Source: Lepidodermella squamata (lineage: Eukaryota > Animalia > Gastrotricha). From it: a stretch of DNA of 64,000 nt. Each line of letters opens with the position of its first letter. Position 1 is the stretch's first letter. The stretch is taken from assembly GCA_047495785.1 (NCBI GenBank), contig JBLDXI010000024.1, positions 3,162,001 to 3,226,000 on the forward strand, given 5' to 3'. The position numbers and the translations under genes were made by a program. Below, in pieces: positions 31,014-42,552 of the stretch. Under the pieces are notes generated by a model. It was not told the DNA's origin. It saw only the letters and a program-made list of their open reading frames with translations, and did not search any database.

Positions 31014-33479
31014 ATGTTTTCATCGCGGCTTATTTTCATATTCTTAGCGATATCATCCATGAATCTTGGCTCATATGAAGCTAAGTTGAAAAAACCATAT
31101 AAATTGCGACAGTTGGCTCTATTGTTTCTGATTGGCATGGATCCAAAACTTGTGAAATCTGCCCTAACTGCTGCTTCATTTGTTCTCGATCAAGTCAACA
31201 ACCGAACTGATATTTTGCCTGATTACGAAGTAGAGCTAGACCTGAGGGATGAATATCTCAGCTTCAAATCAGCCCAGCGATTGTTTGAATTCCAACGTGA
31301 TCGAGATAGCTACGGACCAAACGACTATCAATCGCCTTACGTTATCGGGCCTAATCTTTCGACTGGATGCAAAACTCTGGCTCCTGTACTACCCTATGCC
31401 AACATGATAGCCCTTGGAACATACTGCAGCGCCCCATTCCTAGCAGATCACTACTTGCAACCTAACCTCTATCTATCAGTGACCACTGGGAGGACAACAG
31501 CTTTTGCGATGCTTCATTTCATGAGGGAAGTAGGTGGTTGGAATCAGTTCGCAATTTTCGCCCAGTCAACCAATTTTTATGACTACGCCATGGCTCTCTA
31601 TCTCAATGAAAAAGCTGTTCAAAACGGCTTCGAAATCCGTGCTTTCAACACCTTTGTCGATATTGATAGCCAATCGGTCGGCGAGCTCAAGGCCTCTGGG
31701 GCTAGGGTGATAGTTCTGACTTTGATTACCCCACAACTCGTTGCTAGTTTCCTATGCGAAGCCTTCAAATTAGGCATGTCAGGGCCTCGATATGCGTTTC
31801 TGATTTTGAATGCCCAATTTACCCTGACACCGACACCTGGGTCGAACTGCACGGTTCAGCATTTGGTGGCTCAATGGCGGCAGGGTTACCTGTTCGGAAC
31901 TGTTATGAAACCAGTCAATTACAGCGTGGCGACCAGCCTCGGCCCAACAGGTTTGGACTTTGAAAACGCGATGAAGCGCCAGTTGAATGTTACTAACACC
32001 GATGAGATCACAAATACCTACTTCTTCCAAGATTTGATGATGAGAATCGTGCTAGCCCTGAATGAGACAGATGCCAAGTTGAGAGAAAGCTACAACCAAT
32101 CACTACGAGACTATCATCGAAACCCGGAATTGGTCGCGAAAGTTGCAAATCAAACGTTACTCGGGCTCAAGCCGATTGGTGTAAGAATAGGGCGTATGTC
32201 CTATAGTAAGGACGGTAGGGTCGAGGGGGAGATTGAAGCTGTGACAACCTGGTCGCCATTCACCGGCCTCAGAGATGTGGCTTACATTCGGCTTAAGCGA
32301 AACAGCTCTTTGGACGAATTCGACTACAGCAGATATGACCTAGAGAAACAAGCTCCTGTAATATGGATCGCAGGGAAAAGGCCCCTGGATCGTCCAGCTA
32401 TAACCAGGAAGTCACTTGAGATTTCTACTACAGGCCAGGGCTTGACTTGGTTTATCGTCGCATGCACATCGATGTTTCAAGTCATTGGCGTATCTATGAT
32501 CATTTTACGGAAAATGACAGAATCGCCCTTCCGCTCATCTAAAATCCTGGGTTTGATAGGCTGTTTGATTATGAATTGTGCCTCAGCTGTATTCGCTCTT
32601 AATCGATTCCAAGGGGACGAATCGAAGTCTGTCATTTCAAACTTCCTCCTCTGCATCGGCAGTGCATCCGTGATAGGAAGTTTGTCCTTCAGGATTATTG
32701 CACTAAACTCTTACGTCGAAAAGGAAGTTACAGGTCGCAGAAGTTGGCTGCCGACAGTGAGGAGGCAATCAACTATCGCATCATCCCAAATGACAAATGG
32801 AACCCAAGCTTCAGTTAAGAGAGTGTCCAGCATCATCCTTACGCCGAAGAGGTCAAGCTTCGAACGGTCATCAATTAGTTTGGGTCCTTCGTCGACATTA
32901 CTAACCCAGCCTATATTCAACTATCGTCAGATTGATAGGATATCGTTGATTATGACCGGCTGTTTCTCGGTATTAATCGCAATAATTTCCGTTGCTTGGC
33001 TGATAATTCAAGACATGAAGTGTTCGACCGAACTGGTTTCTGAGCCAACGTATAGCGAAGTAACTGATACTTACGACCAAACTTGGTACGTCAAGTGCTC
33101 AGTTAGTGAGGTGAATTCAGCTATCAGCTCTCCATTGCTAGGCGCGATAGTCGGAATCGAAGTACTGGCTCTTTTCGTCGGTCTCCTCCAAGCTTTCAAG
33201 TTGAAACAGATAAAAGCTGTTTCAACGCACTGTCACGAGTTCATACCTACTTGTTTAGGAATTATTGCTGGGGGTACTCTAGTACCTGCGGCGATTTTAA
33301 TATTTCTTACAACCGCTAGTAATGCGCTGAATCAGCAGCTTGCAATTTCTTTGTCGATTGTTGTGATTTCAGCGACGGTATCTATATCGTGGATATATCC
33401 TTCCTTCTTGAAGCCCTTGCCTGATCCGGAAAATCAGGGCATGAGGCGTAGCAGTACTTTGTTGCTCGGTCCTCACTAG
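31014..33479 (+). CDS. Class C (GABA-B-like) GPCR, divergent fourth member
   Basis: 821-aa intronless ORF with signal peptide, VNNRTDILPDYEV, and VFT followed directly by 7TM. Ser/Thr-rich ICL2. ECL2 EPTY..C motif shared with paralogues 1-3. Confidence 0.82.
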   Translation: MFSSRLIFIFLAISSMNLGSYEAKLKKPYKLRQLALLFLIGMDPKLVKSALTAASFVLDQVNNRTDILPDYEVELDLRDEYLSFKSAQRLFEFQRDRDSYGPNDYQSPYVIGPNLSTGCKTLAPVLPYANMIALGTYCSAPFLADHYLQPNLYLSVTTGRTTAFAMLHFMREVGGWNQFAIFAQSTNFYDYAMALYLNEKAVQNGFEIRAFNTFVDIDSQSVGELKASGARVIVLTLITPQLVASFLCEAFKLGMSGPRYAFLILNAQFTLTPTPGSNCTVQHLVAQWRQGYLFGTVMKPVNYSVATSLGPTGLDFENAMKRQLNVTNTDEITNTYFFQDLMMRIVLALNETDAKLRESYNQSLRDYHRNPELVAKVANQTLLGLKPIGVRIGRMSYSKDGRVEGEIEAVTTWSPFTGLRDVAYIRLKRNSSLDEFDYSRYDLEKQAPVIWIAGKRPLDRPAITRKSLEISTTGQGLTWFIVACTSMFQVIGVSMIILRKMTESPFRSSKILGLIGCLIMNCASAVFALNRFQGDESKSVISNFLLCIGSASVIGSLSFRIIALNSYVEKEVTGRRSWLPTVRRQSTIASSQMTNGTQASVKRVSSIILTPKRSSFERSSISLGPSSTLLTQPIFNYRQIDRISLIMTGCFSVLIAIISVAWLIIQDMKCSTELVSEPTYSEVTDTYDQTWYVKCSVSEVNSAISSPLLGAIVGIEVLALFVGLLQAFKLKQIKAVSTHCHEFIPTCLGIIAGGTLVPAAILIFLTTASNALNQQLAISLSIVVISATVSISWIYPSFLKPLPDPENQGMRRSSTLLLGPH

Positions 33480-33551
33480 AATTACTTTTCGTTGTCGAAT
33501 CTGATTAATAACTGTGGATTAAAATGTCATGATAAAAACCGGTTTTATTTA

Positions 33552-34735
33552 TCAAAAGATAAATAAAATCTGAAGCCGGAGGTATTCCGTCAAACAACGA
33601 GGCAAATTCAAGCTGCTAATTGCCTGCTGTCGCTTTTTCAATCCCATCGGTAAATTGCCCAGAATTACAGAACGAGCTAAGGACTGAAGCTTGATGTTGC
33701 GGAACAAACCACGCTCGAGATAGTTCGAAACTGTCGTCTCGTTAGATCGGACGAAAGCTTCTATCAAAAAATCTATCAGATAATCACTATTTGTCATCGC
33801 TTTGTGCTGCTCGTAAAGAAAAAGCAATCCTCCGTAACTGCCAATATACATCCTAACGCCAGATTGTAGAAGTGGAACGATGAGATCGCGGAAAATTTTT
33901 CTCGCATTACTGTTATCACTCGAATTTCGCGATATCAAGCCCCCGAAGAAAAGGTAAAACAGCCGGTACAATGCCGATGAGCAATCAGTATTTCTACCAT
34001 CGATATCGTCAGTTATCGCTTCAATCAAAGAAATCATTGTTTCATGGCTACTTTTCAGAGCCACCGAAGTGAGAAAGTTGTAGCTGTGACTTGAAGAAAT
34101 TGGCTTGCCTTGCTTTTCTTCAGAATCGCGGGTTCAGCTTGACGTAGAATAATTCGCAGTATTACCTCACTGTCTTCGAGAATCTGAGGATCAGACAGCT
34201 CAAAGTTTTTTACAGCAAGAACTAAAGGGGCATTGTAAGCCATATCCGGCCAGAGTGAATATTCTGGCGATGATAAAAAGAGTTCAACGCCAGTTATGAA
34301 ATGATTCTCAATCGATCTAGCCAGAAAAGTCGCCAAGAGGCATTTCGGCATTGGCAGCTCCGAGAGTTCATCAAACATCTGTTTCAGGAAGGAATCATTC
34401 TTGAGTTCAACGCTTATGGCGAAAAGAGCTACAGCGGCGTATTTTGCGGTATTCGAGTTCAAGGCAGGTATCATTCTCTTGATAACATCGAAAGCTGTCA
34501 CCAAATCTTGCCGCTGAAAATACAGACCGCTAGGTGCTGCTGAGTGGAAAATCAGCGGAATGAGAAGAACGCGTCCCGAGTGGAGTGTTGGGTCAGTCAA
34601 GTTCATGCCACGTTCAGTAAGCTTGAGCCGAACCATTTGAACAAACTGCTGGGAAGAATCATACTCATCGGGTCTATGAAACGGGCATGGCGTTCCGTCA
34701 CAAATAAGGCCATTTAACCGCCATTTACTTTCCAT
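33552..34735 (-). pseudogene. Ankyrin-like/SOCS-box gene copy A, frameshifted
   Basis: ORFs 34055-34777 and 33552-34064 together align to the intact copy at 35596-36786. Near 34092 the intact cta agt reads ca agt, a 1-nt deletion that shifts the frame. Could also be an assembly error. Confidence 0.7.
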
Positions 34736-35247
34736 CTCCTTCGATACTTGAAAACAACTTGAAAAATAACTCTTCAAATAACTATAACAGCTAAGAGATA
34801 GAGGGTGAAATTACATGCGAATATATTATCGTTGCAACTAGTGAGTACAATGCGGAATAGAGATAAGCCCTGTATCGAACTACTCTAAACGCAAAATACA
34901 AGCCTAGGCGGCATCTTTCTGTCGGCACTTTGATGTTCTTTGTAGTGGCGCCTGGGCTTGTATTTCGGAAACTACGGTATAAGTTATAAGAAATGTAATA
35001 TCGCAATGATCAGCAGCAGTGTGCGAAGTTCAGGGGGACAGCTCCTATTACCTATTACATATCATCCTCCTCAGCTCGGCCAGCTATTTTTTCCTCGGGC
35101 AAGAAAATGAAAATTTAGCCAGCTGTTTCACCAAATTTTGAGAGGTTTTAGAGCGTCTTATAGGGGAAAATCTTAAAAATTTCCCTACTTCGCTCGTTTT
35201 TTAAGCCAAAATAACTAGTCATTTAGTCAAATGCAGAACGATTTTCT

Positions 35248-35460
35248 GCTGAATCAGCAACTTGCGATATCTCTGTCGATTGTAGTTATTTCAGCGACGG
35301 TATCCATTTCGTGGAATATCCTTCCTTGTTGAAGCCCTTAACTGATCAGGAAAATCAGGGTATGAGGGGTAGCAGTACGGTTTTGCTCCGTCCTCCCCAG
35401 AGTCATTTTTCGTTGTTAATGACCGGAATTAAAATATCTGGCTACAAACCGGTTTTATTT
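35248..35460 (+). pseudogene. Duplicated, decayed 3' end of the 31014-33479 GPCR gene
   Basis: Alignable with 33326-33550 (gctgaatcagca...gaaaatcaggg.atgagg.gtagcagtac...aaaccggttttattt). It has a 1-nt deletion and the stop TAG has become CAG. Confidence 0.85.
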
Positions 35461-35595
35461 TTCATAAGTTAGCAAAGACACTGAATTCCAGAATTGTACC
35501 TTTCGAAAAGTTTGAAAACGCTCAAACATATAGCCATGGGCACTTCTTTACTAAGAAAAATTAAGAAAATTCGAGCAAATAATTTCATGTAATTT

Positions 35596-36786
35596 CTACA
35601 CGACACTCGGAAGCCGAAGGTATTCCGTCAAACTAAGGGGCAAATTCAAGCTGCTAATTGCCTGCTGTCGCTTTTTCAATCCCATCGGTAAATTGCCCAG
35701 AATTACAGAACGAGCTAAGGACTGAAGCTTGATGTTGCGAAACAAACCGCGCTCCAGATAGTTCGAAGCTATCTTCCCTTTAAATCTGACGAAAGCCTCT
35801 ATCAAAAAATCTATCAGATAATCACTATTTGTCATCGCTTTGTGCTGCTCGTGAAGAAAAAGCAATCCTCCGTATTCGCCAGTTTTCATCCTAATGCCTG
35901 ATTGAAGAAGTGGAACGATAAGATCGCGGAAAATTTTTCTCGCACTTCTGTTATTAATTGATATTTGAGATATCAAGCCTCCGAAGAAAAGGTAAAACAT
36001 CCCGTTCAATGCTGATGAGCAATCGGTATCTCTATCATCGATATCGTCAGTTATCGCTTCAATCAAGTAAATCATTGTTTCATGGCTGCTTTTCAGAGCC
36101 ACTGAAGTGAGATGCATGCCGCGACTTAGAAGAAGTTGACTCGTCTTGCTTTTCTTCAGAATCTCTGGATCAGCTTGGCGTAGAATTATCCGCAGTATTT
36201 CCTCGCTGTATTCGAGAATCTGAGGATCGGAGAACTCAAAATTGTTCACGGCTAGAGCTAGAGGGGTCTTGGAAGCCACATGCGGCATTAAGGAATATTC
36301 TGGCGAAGCTCCGTTGGATAAAAGTAGTTCAACACCAGCTACGAAATGATTCTCGATCGATCTGGCCAGAAAATAGGCCAAGAGGCACTTCGGCATTGGC
36401 AGCTCGAAGAGTTCATCAAACGACTGTTTCAGGAATGTATCGTTCTTGAGTTCAACGCTGATAGTGAATAGCGCTAAAACGGCATATAATGCGGTGTTCG
36501 GGTTGAAGGCAGGTATCATTCGCTTGATAACATCGAAAGCTGGGGCCACATCTTTCCGCTGAAAATACAAACCACTAGGTGCTCCTGGGAAAAGATTCGT
36601 CGGAATAAGAAGGACGTGTCCCGCCTGAAGCGTTGGGTCAATTCTCTGCAGGCCTTGTTCAGCAAGCTTGAGCCTAACCAACGCAGCAAACTGCTGGAAT
36701 GAATCATACTCATCGGGTCTGTGGAGCGGGCAGGGCGTTCCGTCGCAAATAAGGTCGTGGAACAATTTGGTCGATTCACCAGCCAT
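35596..36786 (-). CDS. Ankyrin-like repeat and SOCS-box protein (ASB-like E3 adaptor), copy B
   Basis: C-terminal BC-box-like KLQSLAR and cullin-box-like LNLPLSLTEYL. Ankyrin-like VELLLSNGASP...KTPLALAV. Intronless. Confidence 0.75.
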   Translation of the reverse strand: MAGESTKLFHDLICDGTPCPLHRPDEYDSFQQFAALVRLKLAEQGLQRIDPTLQAGHVLLIPTNLFPGAPSGLYFQRKDVAPAFDVIKRMIPAFNPNTALYAVLALFTISVELKNDTFLKQSFDELFELPMPKCLLAYFLARSIENHFVAGVELLLSNGASPEYSLMPHVASKTPLALAVNNFEFSDPQILEYSEEILRIILRQADPEILKKSKTSQLLLSRGMHLTSVALKSSHETMIYLIEAITDDIDDRDTDCSSALNGMFYLFFGGLISQISINNRSARKIFRDLIVPLLQSGIRMKTGEYGGLLFLHEQHKAMTNSDYLIDFLIEAFVRFKGKIASNYLERGLFRNIKLQSLARSVILGNLPMGLKKRQQAISSLNLPLSLTEYLRLPSVV

Positions 36787-37158
36787 CTCTAGAACAATTA
36801 GAAAAATATCCCTTGCAGCTATAACTCAGCTTGAAGAGCGGGGGAAAAACAGGATAAAAAATTATCATTACAAATGTCGAGCTCATTGCGGAACGCAGAT
36901 AAGCTCTACATTTAAATTCCGCTCCTATATCAAGCGTGTAAATGTGTACCCATTGATGAAAAAGGTTATCAATGATGAGAACTGAATAACTGTCTAACTG
37001 ACTAACATAATCTAAAAAATCGGTTGAATAAATTGTGATCTCCATTGTTCAATCGACCAAAAATGCTCCAATTCCTATTTATTTTACATTAGTACTATCA
37101 GAGCAAGCTGAGGCAGTTTAACACTATACCTTGGAGTCGAATCCAAAATTTTATTAAA

Positions 37159-38436
37159 TCATTGAAAAGAGAGATAATTCGCAAGGCAATTAGGTAGTCG
37201 CAAGCTGGCTATTGCTGTCAGTCGTTGTTTCCGCCCCAGCGGTAATTTCCTTAAAATAGCGGATCTCGCAAGGCTTTGAAGTTTGATTCTACTGAACATA
37301 TCACATTTGAAAGCCCGGGCAGCATATGCATCAGCTTTGAAAATTGCTTCCAAGAGAATGCTACGCAATACTTCATCGTCAGCTAGCTTCTTCTTCTCGA
37401 ATAATTCGATTAACCCACTGAGATTTTGTATTCTAGTTAATCTCAAGCCAGACTGAAGAAGAGGAATAACAACTGTATGGAGCACTTTGCGGGCTTCGTT
37501 ACTTTCTCGGGAGATTGATGACTGCAAGCGGCCGAATGTGAATACGAGCGTGTCATGGAGGAACAAAGAGCCATTAATGTCTGTTTCTTCGATTTCGTAA
37601 GCAATTGCTTCAATTAGAGATACAGCCAAGTCATCGTTGCACTCGTTGATATAAGCGATAATGTCCCAGCCCCGACTTAGCAGGTACTCACTTGTTTTGC
37701 TGTCTTTAAGCTTCGCAGGGTCAGCGTTGTCAAGAATATTTTGTATAACCGCGTTATACTTTTTATGATCTTCAGCAGCTGGGAAAGGTGGGCCGAACTT
37801 CGTCATGGCATTGGCGAGGGGCGAAATATAGACCATATCTGACCACAGTGGGGACTCAACTGAGGCTCCAAAATCGATTAGCAACTGAACTCCGGATGTG
37901 AATCGCAACTCAATGGCCATTGTCAGTAGGTACGAGAGCAGGCAGCTTGGAACGGCTGAATGTTTCCGCAGAAGCTCTTTCAAATATAACTCATTGCGAA
38001 CTTGAACGCTTAGACTCATCAAAATCACCGGAGAGTAATCAACAACGCTCGAGACAGGGAGCATATCTTGAAGCAATGACAGTTGATTTGGTTTCCACTC
38101 TCCGTCGATCGGTTGCACATAAACATTTTTATGCCCTTTCGGATAAAAAAGCGGAGGGATCAGCAATTTGAATTGAAAATCTGCGAGAGCTTCCCTCGTT
38201 GAAACTTCAAGCATAGATAGGCCTAGTTCATTGCTCTTAGTTTGAAGTTGGCGCAAAGTCTCATTCAGACTATCGCGAAGAACACTTGAATTCTCCGGTT
38301 GGTGGAAAGGGCACCCAGATCCGTTGCAAATGAGGCCGATAGTGAAATCAAGTGATTTTTTGAAACACATAAGTTTCCACCTCTGCCTTTCAGAATGTCT
38401 GAACCTCTGAGTTCCACTGAAACGCTCTGCGGCCAT
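37159..38436 (-). CDS. Ankyrin-like repeat and SOCS-box protein, divergent copy C
   Basis: KLQSLARSAIL...LRLPNCLANYL and VQLLIDFGASV...SPLANAM; colinear with copy B. Confidence 0.75.
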   Translation of the reverse strand: MAAERFSGTQRFRHSERQRWKLMCFKKSLDFTIGLICNGSGCPFHQPENSSVLRDSLNETLRQLQTKSNELGLSMLEVSTREALADFQFKLLIPPLFYPKGHKNVYVQPIDGEWKPNQLSLLQDMLPVSSVVDYSPVILMSLSVQVRNELYLKELLRKHSAVPSCLLSYLLTMAIELRFTSGVQLLIDFGASVESPLWSDMVYISPLANAMTKFGPPFPAAEDHKKYNAVIQNILDNADPAKLKDSKTSEYLLSRGWDIIAYINECNDDLAVSLIEAIAYEIEETDINGSLFLHDTLVFTFGRLQSSISRESNEARKVLHTVVIPLLQSGLRLTRIQNLSGLIELFEKKKLADDEVLRSILLEAIFKADAYAARAFKCDMFSRIKLQSLARSAILRKLPLGRKQRLTAIASLRLPNCLANYLSFQ

Positions 38437-39461
38437 GCTCTGGCTGGGCTGAATTGCTAGCTATAGTCATAGCAGAATTCTCAGTGAAGTTAGGAATCAA
38501 GGCGAGCAGATAAACCTTATCTTGCCTTTCCTCTTATTATCTTGTTTCTTATCTGGTGAATATTGTTGTTACGTTCAGAACAAATTTGGGTGGTTTGAAA
38601 AATATTAGTATGCAGCAGTCATGTAGCTCTCAAGATCAACGAAGGAATATGGTGGGAGCGGGACAAACCATGATATAACCCGCATATTTCAAGCCTATCC
38701 AGTGATCCGACTAGGTCTAGCTCTGAGGGGGGTAAATCGAGAATTTCGAGCCCAAAATTTGCAAATCAACAGGGGGACCCTTGCAGAAATTTTCAGAAAT
38801 TTTCAGAAAACTGCACGGTTATTGTGGCCACAAAAATTCTCTGAAATTATTATGAAAATTCATGATTTAAAGGTCAACTCTCTTTTTACCATAATCAAAT
38901 GCAAAAAAATATAAACAATTCGACGGATGATATCGCTTCACGGTTTTAACAGCGACATTCCTGTTATTGAAACTTAACCTGAGATTTTCAGTTTCACGTA
39001 GGCTATGACTTGCTCTGTGTAGGACCGGACGCATCGTGTTTTGCTGCGTGCAATTATCGATTTTGCGCAGCAAATTATGTCTTTCCTGCCGTTGGCAGAG
39101 TCTCTATTTTTTAGCTCAATCATAACTCAGCCCCACACGTAGCTTGCACACGTGAGAATTTCGCCCTATACTTTCATGCGACAACTATTGACATGGGTAT
39201 ATTCCCCTGTGCTGAGGGGCCTTGACGCCACTATTGACACAGCAGCCGTGGTATAGTACTTCCATATATCACTTGTGAGCATACAAAGGCCTGCGTAGTT
39301 TTTTGCTCTAGCGTTAAATAAACATGAAAAGCTGGGTAGTAGTTGTAGTAATGATGATTCGACCAGCCCCATGGTTTTGAGCCTTTTTTCCAGTTCACTA
39401 ACGATGTCGCATTTCTGACCTCTTCTAATTTATTTAATTAGATTTAAGCGCTGCTGGTCAA

Positions 39462-41857
39462 ATGTTACAGGTTAAAGTTGAAGCTTCAACGGCTGAGTGC
39501 CGAGTCTGCAGCAAGGTCCTTGAAGTTACATCAGAACGGCAGCATGATCGCTGGAAGGACGTTTTATGCCCTGCATGCAGTGTGAGTTCTTTGCCCCCTT
39601 ATTATCAAAACAAATTAACATAGCTAATTATTTCTAGAAATTTTATTGGCGATACCATCAAAGTGGACTCTCTCAGACCGATCACTGTAAATGTGTGCCA
39701 GAACTTCCGCCCGACTACAGGGCTTGCAGGCCCTGCCGGCTTCAAAGGTGCAGGGATGTCATCGAAGAATTCTCAAAGGGTAAAATTACGAAATCAACCG
39801 GACGGCCGAGATTGAAGAAGGCAAGGAGGCCTGACAGTGTCCTCTCCCTTTTCGGTATCAACAAAGCTATGCCTCAAATCGCCTGCCGAGTTTGTGGATT
39901 AGCGCCAAGTAAGTGATGAAGATCAATCTTTTAATAAGGAAAGCTTAGGATTTGCGATAATCAAGGACCAAAATTGAAAAGTACGAAAGCTGAGGGATTT
40001 TTGAGAAGCTTCTATTTCATTTCGGGATAATATTTCTATAGCTGCAGTTTACGGGAAAATGGGGTCAAACTACAACATCGATATTCAGAATGAGCGATGA
40101 TGATTTTATGGTGGCCCCATGGATTTAGCGTCACCGATAAAATAATCGATACCGTGTTAGAGTGATTGAGATATATAGTGAATTCCAAAAAGTTGAGTTC
40201 GTGCATTTTGAAGCAGACATCAAAGACTGAATTCGGCTCAAACGCTCAAGTCCTGATTATGTTAGGATTCGACACTATTCCTATTTTCCATGTCTTTAAG
40301 ACGCCTGTTTTAAGAAGACCAAATCAGAAATCTAAGCTTGATGACTCATCAAACACCCTGACCTGAAAAAACACGCGCTTTACGGATAATTTTGGCATCA
40401 AATTACCGTCTTTTCATGCCTAGAGATAAATATGTTGGCAAAATAGCGGAGTTGCTACTGACCAAGTGGACGGGGCATCAAAGCTCGCCATTATTCATCC
40501 TCAATCTAACATATGTATTTAAATCAATTCGAGGAAAAATAGTTAGTCACCGGGTGATTTAGGCTACCTTTGCATATTCTGTAATCTTTCTGTTTTTCCT
40601 CTCAAAGGTACTGGAATTCATTTTGGAGTTGTTACCTGCGAAGGCTGTAAACTCTTCTTCGGCCGTGCAATCAAGAAAACTGGTGAAAAAAAGCTTGTCT
40701 GCAAGCAAGATCCTGCCGCAAACAACGGCGAACTCTGCCCGCCGAAGTCATTATGCCGATCCTGCCGCCTCCAGCGTTGCTACAATGCTGGAATGTCCCC
40801 CGAAAAGACAATCGTCGGCCGCTACAGCAAAGAGCGAGCCGCGCAAATTTTCTCAACGCTATCTGAGCTCAGCCACATGTCAGTGGATGGGCATGAAGCG
40901 AGCAATATGACAATCATTGAAGAAGCGTCAAACATGGCAATAGTTAGCTTCGAGCCTGAACTCATCGAACCCCCTGACGCTTCGGATTCCTTAACCTGGT
41001 CTATTGGTAGACCTCGCAGCGACTCACAATCCATACATTATCGTGATTTTACCGAAGATTACAGTGAAGAAACGAGTAAATGGCTTCTTGAACGAGCTAT
41101 GGCCGCAACAGCTTGTCTATACCCGATTTCTGAGATTAACATTCGAACGATCTATACCGATCCAGAACAGGCAATTCCTGACCTAATTCAATCTCACATG
41201 GAAGCATTTTCCAAATATTTAACGGTGACTAAGGACATGTTTTCTCAATTACCCGGTACAAGCAAGCTGCAAATCGATGACCGCATAAATCTATTCGTCT
41301 GCAGCTTTTTCCCTGTGCTATGGGCTCAGCTATCGCTAACCTTTGACCCTGTGAATCAGCATCCTAATCACATGTCGCTTGATAGAAATAATCATGCCTG
41401 GTTTATGCTGAAAAGTTTGGACCCTCATTTCGTCGATCTTGAAGAAAAACTACGGGACCTTGGCAATGTCTTCTTTGCATCATGCTTGAACATGGAGGAT
41501 TACGCCCTCCTATGTGGCATACTTTGCTTCTCCGCTGCTGAAGTGTACAACCCGCCCGGTCCTAATTGCCCAGCTAGCTTGGTGAAGAATCGCTACGAAC
41601 TCGCCGTGATTCACCATTTCAAAGGAGATGAAGCGAGGCTGGACAAATTCCAGCATCTCGTGGCTAGATTGAACAAGAGTGTCGTCGCTATTGCCGCTTC
41701 GTTTCAAAACAACGCGGGGCGATTTATCAATCTTAACTACTACGCGCTATTTGGGCAGTTTTACAGAGAAATTATGAAAATCATTACTAGGTTAGATTTA
41801 GTTGCGCCTGCTTCTCTTCTTACTGTTGATGCTTGTTTATACAATAAGACTGATTGA
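39462..41857 (+). CDS. Nuclear hormone receptor with two tandem C4 zinc-finger DBDs and an LBD (start uncertain)
   Basis: Exons 39462-39581, 39638-39908, 40608-41857. DBD2 is CRVC..GIHFGVVTCEGCKLFFGR..CRSCRLQRCYNAGM..GRYSK. LBD signatures FSQLPGTSKLQIDDRINLF and EDYALLCGILCFS. Upstream degenerate DBD1 is CRVC..CPACSKFYWR..CRPCRLQRC. Confidence 0.85.
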
Positions 41858-42552
41858 TTTTTTAATAGTTTAGAAGTAAACTTTTTTTTTAAATCTTTCT
41901 GACTTGTTCCCACGAAATGCGAAAAAAATCTGAGTTGACAGAAAATACAGCCATTCCAGCGACGTTACCTAACTAGCATTCAATTAAAAGTAATGCAAAA
42001 TAATGGGTTTCGCTGATCGCTGAGAAGATGCTGACGAAATTGAAGCCAATTACTTTAGTCACGAAGTGACGCTTCTCTGCAAAATATTTTGATTGCAGAT
42101 TGCAGGTAGAAGTAAGATGATACAGACTTCGTGCTACCACGTGGTCGTAAGTTGAAACGCAAATCGTGGGTTGCAGTTTACAGATTGATTGAGTACAGGT
42201 TTTTCATCGGGCTCTCGTTATCTAACTTTTTCTTTAGGACATCGATCGCGGTGGCATGGGGCAGACTTGATTGATTGCAGTCTCAAGCGGTGATAAGTTT
42301 GTATCCATCAAGCTTGCGTAAAGTACTTGTTTACGAATGATGTTCATAATGTCAATTACAGATTTTTCATTCGGTGTTATCGTGATTTCCGCAGAATCAG
42401 TCATTCGTACAACTCGCCTTCCTTTCGCAGCACTAGGTAAGAAAAGCCAATGAAACCACAGACGAGCCTTTTGGTCCGAACATTTCGGAGTATTAGCATG
42501 AGAGTTCAAACAAAATGAAGGTGACATTGCTAAAGCAACTTGAAAACTTGAT

